From an uncultured Syntrophaceae bacterium (lineage in GTDB: Bacteria; Desulfobacterota; SM23-61), in the NCBI GenBank assembly GCA_964484485.1, contig CAZAGD010000033.1, forward strand, positions 1,238 to 65,237: a DNA stretch of 64,000 bases. Reading direction: 5' to 3'. Position numbers and translations under genes: made by a program. Position 1 is the first letter of the stretch. Each line of letters starts with the position of its first letter. This document shows, piece by piece, positions 57,999 to 64,000 of this stretch. The notes under the pieces are model-generated. The model was given only the letters and a program-made list of their open reading frames with translations, was not told the DNA's origin and did not search any database.

Positions 57999-58930
57999 TT
58001 TACGGAGAGGTATTTGTGCACGAGTTCTTTTACCTCGGCTAAGCAACCATCTTTGTACAAAGTAAACCCATTGGGCATCTCTGTCTTATCCCAATCTATA
58101 ACCATTCCGGAATGCTTGTTTTTGGGGTCGAAGGCCATTAAAGCTTCTTTCACTGCCCTTAAAATGATGGGGTCAACATTTTTATTGGCACAAATAAGGC
58201 TGCTCGGATAGGGTTTTGAGATAGCGATAATCTTGAGCTTTCCTTGAGTTGCTAATCTTTGAGCAAGTGTATCTTGCATCCCGCCTGCTTCGTATTCACC
58301 ATTCAAGATGGCTCTGGCAGTATTGGCGTGAGAGCCTGTAAAAATATAACTTTTTAAATCCGCCAATCTCACCCCCGCATCTTCAAGCATCTTTCGGGGG
58401 ATAATATGGCCTTGGGTGGAGAATCTGTCGCCGAAGGCGAATGATCGCCCTTTCAGGTCCTTGATCGATTTAAAAGGGCTATCTATTTGAGTTACAATAG
58501 CAGCATGATATTCTGCCTTCCCTTCGGCATTAAGTCCCATTACTAGACATTTGGTCTCATGTTTCTCCTTGGCCAGAACACAATTAACAGGCCCAAGAGC
58601 AGCAAAATTAGTAACTCCCCGTCCTAAATTTTCCACGGTATCTTCGTATTTTTCGGTAAATCTTAGAGAAAATTTGTATCCCGAATAATTCTCCAAATAA
58701 CGAAGAAAAGGCAAATATATTCGGACTTCCTCTCTGGGACTGAGTCTAAGATCAAAACCAAATTTCAAAATATCCTCGGCAGGTTGCCGGAAAGAATTTT
58801 TAGAAATTATAGGAGTGCGTTGATAAAGGCTTACTTTTTTAGCAACTTCTTCGTCTCCGCAATTTATAATCAGAAGGGGGAAAAGCAAGTAGGCTAATTT
58901 CTTAATAGCCTTAAAATTGTTAACCTTCAT
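57995..58930 (-). CDS. periplasmic PhnD-like (phosphonate-ABC-type) solute-binding protein, probable ligand sensor partnered with the kinase
   Basis: Signal peptide; PhnD/SsuA-like fold pattern; translationally coupled to HK gene. Confidence 0.65.
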   Translation of the reverse strand: MKVNNFKAIKKLAYLLFPLLIINCGDEEVAKKVSLYQRTPIISKNSFRQPAEDILKFGFDLRLSPREEVRIYLPFLRYLENYSGYKFSLRFTEKYEDTVENLGRGVTNFAALGPVNCVLAKEKHETKCLVMGLNAEGKAEYHAAIVTQIDSPFKSIKDLKGRSFAFGDRFSTQGHIIPRKMLEDAGVRLADLKSYIFTGSHANTARAILNGEYEAGGMQDTLAQRLATQGKLKIIAISKPYPSSLICANKNVDPIILRAVKEALMAFDPKNKHSGMVIDWDKTEMPNGFTLYKDGCLAEVKELVHKYLSVK

Positions 58931-59569
58931 TTCTTCTCCCCTTGCTTTCCGCCTATATTATTTTCTTTACTATACTCACAAATTTGGCACCTTAGCCGGA
59001 GACCCGAGAATACAGAAGTGCCTTTCATCATCTTTTTTAATCACCCATAAGGGTAATTTTATCTAATTAAATTAGGAATGTGAAGCATTTTATAAACCCT
59101 TTCTGAAGGGCCAGGAAAACTGCTCAAATAATAAATGGGAAATAAGTGTGGTCATTCTTGCTCCGAAAAAACCTGGTAAATTCAAAATGTTTTTTGGGCT
59201 GCTCCTTGCGCAAGAATTAATTAAGGGCAACGGCTTTTGTAGATTCGCTCATCTCTGTGTGCTCGGGGGGCCTTCGGCGGCTAAGATTAAAATGCTATCT
59301 TCTGCGTCCTCGGCGCTCTTGGCGGTGAAACCCTTCAGCATTTATGGCTTGCCGCATACGGCCAGGGATGAGCCCTGGGCCTACGCCATACTCCGATGCC
59401 TAATGCCTCATATATTAATCGGAGCAATTAAATATTTACAGCTATGACTCTTATCTTACTCCGGGGTCTGGCTTTATCGAGTTTCCCCAATGAAAATTTC
59501 TCGTAATTACCCATAAGAAATAAAACCAAATGCGGCAAGGGACAAGCCCTTGCGCTACATTAAAGATTT

Positions 59570-59612
59570 TATTAATTCCTCGTAGGGCCAGCCCTTGGGG
59601 CTTACCGAACCA
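59570..59612. repeat. second copy of ~45-nt intergenic repeat (see 14840..14880)
   Basis: TTAATTCCTCGTAGGGCCAGCCCTTGGGGCTTACCGAACC. Confidence 0.45.
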
Positions 59613-59827
59613 CCCATGAAGATGGCGCTTATTTTATGCTCCCATTAATAAAACCTTATATAAAAATGGCTACATGTCTCAGAAGTTATTATTTGCGAAT
59701 TTGCATCTTAAAAGCTAAAGCTCCCGCCCTTCAGTGAGGTATGATTAGAGGTCTTCTTTTTTTCTTGACAAGATAAGCCGCTTATATTATTTTGTATACT
59801 AATTATTTTAAAGCCGGAAAAATACGC

Positions 59828-60241
59828 ATGCCTTCCTATGAGGAGTGTTTAGTTTTTCTTTTAGCCAAGGCTTATCAAAAAGCCCATGCAGCTTTTAAGC
59901 AAAAACTCGCTCCCTACGGAATTACTCCCGTCCAACATCTCATTTTAGCCGTCCTGGCCGAAGAAGATTCTCTTGCGCCCGCAGAAATTTCGGACAGGAT
60001 TCTCATGGATGGGGCAACTCTCTCGGGAGTCCTGGACCGAATGGCCGAAGCTGGTCTTATTAGAAAAGAAGAAAATCCGCAGGATCGGCGGTCGTTAAAA
60101 ATATCTTTGACAGCCAAAGCCAAAAAAATGTGTGCTGACCTGGCCACCCAAAGAAAAGCCATAAATGAGGAATTGACGGCTAAATTTACTCTGGAAGAGA
60201 AAATTTTACTCAAAAGATTGCTCAAAGATTTAAAAGAGTAA
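59828..60241 (+). CDS. MarR-family transcriptional regulator
   Basis: wHTH pattern (APAEISDRILMDGATLSGVLDRMAEAGLIRKEENPQDRRS); ATG 59828 preferred to TTG 59792. Confidence 0.8.
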   Translation: MPSYEECLVFLLAKAYQKAHAAFKQKLAPYGITPVQHLILAVLAEEDSLAPAEISDRILMDGATLSGVLDRMAEAGLIRKEENPQDRRSLKISLTAKAKKMCADLATQRKAINEELTAKFTLEEKILLKRLLKDLKE

Positions 60242-60243
60242 TT

Positions 60244-60257
60244 ATTTGTATACAAAT
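60244..60257. promoter_or_regulatory. perfect 14-bp palindrome ATTTGTATACAAAT between marR and the nitroreductase gene; related half-site TTTGTATACTAA at 59789..59801 upstream of marR; candidate MarR operators
   Basis: Read directly; palindrome is self-complementary; second copy lies ~30 nt upstream of marR ATG. Confidence 0.4.
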
Positions 60258-60305
60258 TAATAAACGGGGAATATAAAAAGGCAGGAGCTGGAGAGAAAGG
60301 GGTCC

Positions 60306-61187
60306 ATGATTTACATAAAGGAGGAAAAATGCACTAACTGTGGCTTATGTGTTTCCGTATGCGTGCGCCGAATTCTCCGCCTGGGCGATAAAGGAGCAGA
60401 AATAACTGATTCCAATATGTGTTTTTATTGTGGTCATTGCAAAGCGGTCTGCCCGGCAGATGCTTTTTATTTTAGCGAAGGTAATGACCAATTCTTACCG
60501 GTTATTTCCAAAAGGGAGATTCCTCAGCCGGCTATTTTTTTCCGTTTCTTAAGGCGACGCCGCAGTCTACGGGTTTACGAAGATCGTTTAGTAGAAAAGA
60601 CTAAATTAAAAATGTTAATCGAGGCCGGCCGCTATGCACCTACAGGGTCAAACCGGCAAGCCTGTGAATTTGTGGTAGTTAGTGGGCGGCCAATGGTAGA
60701 CCAGATTTGCGAGTTAGCCATTGCTAACCTCTATGAACAAGGGCAGGAAATTAGAAAGGCAATTAGGGAGTATCAAAATTTACAGCAACCTCTACCTGCG
60801 GAATTCTCAGTAAAACAAAATTTCCCCCCCATTTGGGAACGGATCGCGAAAAAGTGGCAAGAAGGGGAAGACCAGCTCCTCCATCATGCTCCTGCTTTGA
60901 TCATTATCCATATGGATAAAAAGGCTGCTACTACTCCGGAGATAGACGCGGCTATTGCGGCTACTCATATGATCCTCTTGGCCGAAACCTTAGGTTTGGG
61001 AACATGCTTTATTGCCTTTCTCATCTGGGCCATAGAAAACTCTGCAGATTTAAAAAGGCTGCTCCAGATCCCTGATTACCACCAAGCGCTGATTGCTTTT
61101 ACCGTAGGCTATCCTGCTGTTCAATATCTAAGAGTAGTAGCCCGAAACCAGGCGCGCGTTAAATGGCTGGGGGAATACATTGACTAA
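60306..61187 (+). CDS. ferredoxin-nitroreductase fusion protein (N-terminal 2x[4Fe-4S], C-terminal nitroreductase fold)
   Basis: CTNCGLCVSVC and CGHCKAVCP motifs then nitroreductase-family core (RRSLRVYED...APTGSNRQ). Confidence 0.7.
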   Translation: MIYIKEEKCTNCGLCVSVCVRRILRLGDKGAEITDSNMCFYCGHCKAVCPADAFYFSEGNDQFLPVISKREIPQPAIFFRFLRRRRSLRVYEDRLVEKTKLKMLIEAGRYAPTGSNRQACEFVVVSGRPMVDQICELAIANLYEQGQEIRKAIREYQNLQQPLPAEFSVKQNFPPIWERIAKKWQEGEDQLLHHAPALIIIHMDKKAATTPEIDAAIAATHMILLAETLGLGTCFIAFLIWAIENSADLKRLLQIPDYHQALIAFTVGYPAVQYLRVVARNQARVKWLGEYID

Positions 61188-61207
61188 TACGGAAAGGAGG
61201 AAGCAAA

Positions 61208-62281
61208 ATGCCCCACGAGGTTTATAAAAGGTTGTGTCAGGCTATGGCGCAAAGGGGAGGGCCTTACCCAGGACTTGACATTCCTGAATTTTACGATTTA
61301 GCCCAAGAACTTTTCACTTTAGCCGAAGCCGAAGTATCGGCCGCGATGCCCCGTAAACCTGCTCCGGCCTCGATAATTGCCCAGCAGTTGGGCAAAAAGG
61401 AAGAGGAGGTACACCTTATTCTCGAGGCCATGGCGAATAAGGGTCTTTGCAGCACTTTTGTAGCCGACGAACGCCGCTATTATGTGCCCTCTCCCTTCGT
61501 ACCCGGAATCTTTGAATTTCAATTTATGCGGGGCACTAAAACGGAGCGAGATAGAAAAATTGCTAAATTAATTCATGCCTATAAAAATGCTGTGGACCGC
61601 CTTTCCCCTGTTCAACCAATTTCCTTTCCTTTTAACCGAGTTATCCCTGTAGGAGTAACCCTGCGTCCCGATTCGCGCGTCCACACTTTTAATCAAGTTT
61701 ACTCTTATATTGACCGTTACGATCCCATCGCGGTCTCTACTTGCTTTTGCCGCCACGAAGCAAAGCTTTTGGATGAGAAAGATGATTGTGGAAAGCCTGA
61801 TGATGTATGCCTGCAATTTGGCTTGGGAGCAGCTTATGTGATTGAAAGAGGTTTGGGCAAGAAGGTGAGTAAAGAAGAAGCTAAGGAGGTTTTGCAAAAA
61901 GCTGAAAAAGCTGGCTTGGTCCATGCCAGCTTGAATACGCAAGAAATTGATTTTATCTGTAATTGTTGTCCCTGTCATTGCCTCATTCTAAAGCGGGCTT
62001 TAAGCCAGCCCAAACCAGGAAAAGTGCTTTATTCTGGTTACCAGCCGGTTTATCAACCGGAGTTATGTACGGGTTGTGGCACTTGTGCGGAGAGGTGTCC
62101 GGCAAAAGCAGTAAACCTAAAAGATAATATTCCTCAACTCGATACTGACCGCTGTTTTGGCTGCGGAATATGCGCTTCCAGCTGCCCAATTGAGGCTATC
62201 ACCATGGAAGTTAAACCAGAAACTCCCCCGCCGCCCTTGAATCGGAAAGAGTTACGACAGGCTTTAGAAATGAACCGTTAA
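61208..62281 (+). CDS. Fe-S protein with C-terminal 2x[4Fe-4S] ferredoxin domain and Cys-rich central region
   Basis: CTGCGTCAERCP and CFGCGICASSCP motifs; additional CxxC/CNCCPCHC cluster; N-terminal region unassigned. Confidence 0.5.
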   Translation: MPHEVYKRLCQAMAQRGGPYPGLDIPEFYDLAQELFTLAEAEVSAAMPRKPAPASIIAQQLGKKEEEVHLILEAMANKGLCSTFVADERRYYVPSPFVPGIFEFQFMRGTKTERDRKIAKLIHAYKNAVDRLSPVQPISFPFNRVIPVGVTLRPDSRVHTFNQVYSYIDRYDPIAVSTCFCRHEAKLLDEKDDCGKPDDVCLQFGLGAAYVIERGLGKKVSKEEAKEVLQKAEKAGLVHASLNTQEIDFICNCCPCHCLILKRALSQPKPGKVLYSGYQPVYQPELCTGCGTCAERCPAKAVNLKDNIPQLDTDRCFGCGICASSCPIEAITMEVKPETPPPPLNRKELRQALEMNR

Positions 62282-62307
62282 AATTGATCCTTTATAGGGA
62301 GGCCATA

Positions 62308-63180
62308 ATGAAAAATAGTGCAGATCTAAAAAATCTAAGCTCTTGGGTGGAATCTTTAATTAAAGATTTTATAAACCATTCTCCAGAAAATACATTAAAA
62401 AATAAAGCCAATGAAAAAGCTTGGGATGACCCCCTGGTGGGCTTTGCCCCGGGGAGTGATCAATTATTTCAAGATTTCAAAACTTATGTGGGCGAATTTC
62501 ATTGGACTCCTCTGGAAATATTTGTTAAGACTTTTCCCACATGGACAGGCCAGGTTGAAGACCTCACAGTAATTTCTTGGATTTTGCCGCAGACCGAGAG
62601 AACCAAAGCTGATAACCGGCAAGAAACAGCGTTCCCTTCCGAGAGATGGGCCCGCGCGCGGATTTTTGGTGAAGAAGTGAACGTCAAACTTCGCCAACAT
62701 GTGGTGGCTAAATTACAGGAAAGAGGTATCTTAGCCGTAGCCCCTATGCTCTCCCCTTTTTGGGAGCAAAAAATATCTCCTCGTTTTGGATATGCTTCTA
62801 CTTGGTCGGAGAGACATGCCGCTTACGCGGCTGGGTTAGGAACTTTTGGCCTTAGCGATGGCCTAATTACGCCTAAAGGAAAGGCTATGCGCTGTGGCTC
62901 TGTAGTGGCAAATATAAAGCTTCCTCCGACTTCCCGCCCTTACTCTGATCATCAAGCTTATTGTTTATTCTTTTCTAAGGGAATCTGCGGCAAATGTATA
63001 AAAAGGTGCCCGGCTCAAGCTATTAGTGAAAAAGGGCATGACAAAGTTAAATGCCGCAATTATATGCATCCCCTTATAGAAGAATATGTGGAAAAAAACT
63101 TTGGCTTTAAAGGCTACGGATGCGGCCTATGCCAAACAGGGGTTCCTTGCGAATCTGGCATCCCCCTGACTGATGCTTGA
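62308..63180 (+). CDS. QueG/reductive-dehalogenase-like 4Fe-4S protein (short form)
   Basis: AAGLGTFGLSDGLITPKGKAMRCGSV resembles the QueG GLGWIGKN..LLITP..G motif; CGKCIKRCPAQAI cluster; GGGAGG RBS before ATG 62308. Confidence 0.45.
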   Translation: MKNSADLKNLSSWVESLIKDFINHSPENTLKNKANEKAWDDPLVGFAPGSDQLFQDFKTYVGEFHWTPLEIFVKTFPTWTGQVEDLTVISWILPQTERTKADNRQETAFPSERWARARIFGEEVNVKLRQHVVAKLQERGILAVAPMLSPFWEQKISPRFGYASTWSERHAAYAAGLGTFGLSDGLITPKGKAMRCGSVVANIKLPPTSRPYSDHQAYCLFFSKGICGKCIKRCPAQAISEKGHDKVKCRNYMHPLIEEYVEKNFGFKGYGCGLCQTGVPCESGIPLTDA

Positions 63181-63228
63181 AAGCTGTTTAGCAAACATTT
63201 GATCCCTGAAAAAAAGAAAAGGTGACCT

Positions 63229-63954
63229 ATGATTATTTTTGATGCTGCTTTTCGGCAAAAAATGAGAGAAAAATTGGAAGTGGAACTTTTAGGAGTGGCC
63301 TCTATAGATGAAAAAACTCCTCCCGAAATAAAAAATCAAGCCGCGGCCCTTCTTCCGGGAGCAAAATCAGTCATAGTTATGGGCAAAGAGATTTTTAAAG
63401 AAGTGGTCGCCCTTCTTTCCCCAGCTAAACAAGTCGGAGAAGCTGAACCTGGAGAATTATTTGGCCCCCATAGCGATTTTTTAAACAGCCGATTAACCAG
63501 AGCAGTCTACGACTTGGCAAGTTTTTTACACAAAGAAGGCTATCGCTGTCTGCCTCTCCCCGCGGCCGGTTGTCCAACTGATCAAAGATTTTTAAAAGCC
63601 ATTTTTTCTTATAAGCATGCCGCTCAACTGGCAGGTCTGGGAGTAATTGGCCGACATGGACTACTCATTACGCCCCAATACGGACCTCGCGTAAGGCTGG
63701 CATGTTTGCTTACGGACGCCCTTTGGGAACCATCTCCGGCTTTGCCCAAAAATTTCTGTTTAAACTGTGCCGCTTGTATTTCAGCTTGCCCCTCCCAAGC
63801 TTTACAGATGCCTAAAAATGGAGAATTATATACGATGAATAAATTTGCCTGTCGCACTTATCGCCAGGCAGGCTTAACCTGCAGCGTTTGTTTGAAAACA
63901 TGTGCCGAGGTTTTAGAAAAAAAGGATAGAGGGGGAATGGGCAAATCTATTTAA
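63229..63954 (+). CDS. QueG/reductive-dehalogenase-like 4Fe-4S protein, paralogue of 62308..63180
   Basis: LAGLGVIGRHGLLITPQYGPRVRL and CLNCAACISACPSQAL; shares motif order with upstream gene. Confidence 0.45.
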   Translation: MIIFDAAFRQKMREKLEVELLGVASIDEKTPPEIKNQAAALLPGAKSVIVMGKEIFKEVVALLSPAKQVGEAEPGELFGPHSDFLNSRLTRAVYDLASFLHKEGYRCLPLPAAGCPTDQRFLKAIFSYKHAAQLAGLGVIGRHGLLITPQYGPRVRLACLLTDALWEPSPALPKNFCLNCAACISACPSQALQMPKNGELYTMNKFACRTYRQAGLTCSVCLKTCAEVLEKKDRGGMGKSI

Positions 63955-64000
63955 TTTGCGTTTAATATTTTAAAAAGGAGGCCTAAATGTTTCAAACTAA

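Noticed and set aside
59148-59447. 99-aa ORF in the long PBP-marR intergenic region
   Set aside because: Low-complexity Ala/Leu/Gly-rich translation, overlaps GC hairpins and repeat motifs, no convincing RBS; region more likely regulatory/ncRNA

Overview
This 64 kb window is bacterial, from a low-to-moderate GC anaerobe, and has two parts.

**Mobile element (1 to about 7622).** This is the right-hand end of an integrated element that abuts a tRNA-Arg(ACG) gene on the minus strand. It carries:
- a small 72-aa ORF and a DUF3987-like P-loop replication protein;
- an AT-rich iteron-like block;
- a type II R-M pair (putative restriction endonuclease plus an SPPY beta-class methyltransferase), flanked by imperfect direct repeats that duplicate the 5' end of an AbrB-like gene;
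- a small membrane protein;
- a roughly 750-nt ORF-free stretch built from nested, near-perfect long inverted repeats;
- two tiny RHH-like ORFs;
- a tyrosine integrase ending 7 nt from the tRNA 3' end.

**Chromosomal context (right of the tRNA).** It is dominated by anaerobic central metabolism:
- two paralogous four-subunit 2-oxoacid:ferredoxin oxidoreductase operons, arranged divergently, one fused to sucD;
- a TRAP C4-dicarboxylate transporter;
- a long minus-strand gene array headed by a TetR regulator: a long-form LeuA-like synthase with a C-terminal Cache-like domain, the methylmalonyl-CoA mutase catalytic subunit, malic enzyme, split class I fumarase, sdhCDAB/frd and sucC. This matches the methylmalonyl-CoA (propionate)/TCA pathway;
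- a canonical gap gene;
- a 1431-aa protein combining a novel ~920-aa N-terminal region with the PPDK-type ATP-grasp and phospho-His swivel domains but no PEP/pyruvate TIM barrel;
- a divergent 430-aa GAPDH paralogue;
- the nrdD-grx-nrdG anaerobic RNR operon, gmhA, hpt, an MhpD-like hydratase, and a ModABC/Wtp-type transporter;
- a TAT-exported 960-aa Mo-bisPGD oxidoreductase with its 4Fe-4S subunit and a TorD-like chaperone, driven by a sigma-54 promoter. It sits next to a PhnD-like binding protein, a histidine kinase and an NtrC-type regulator, an AioXSR/TtrS-like oxyanion-sensing layout;
- a MarR-headed cluster of Fe-S redox proteins: a ferredoxin-nitroreductase fusion and two QueG/RdhA-like paralogues.

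Several dispersed small repeats are also present: an inverted-repeat element that looks like a MITE (miniature inverted-repeat transposable element), and a conserved ~45-nt intergenic repeat. No CRISPR array or rRNA was seen.
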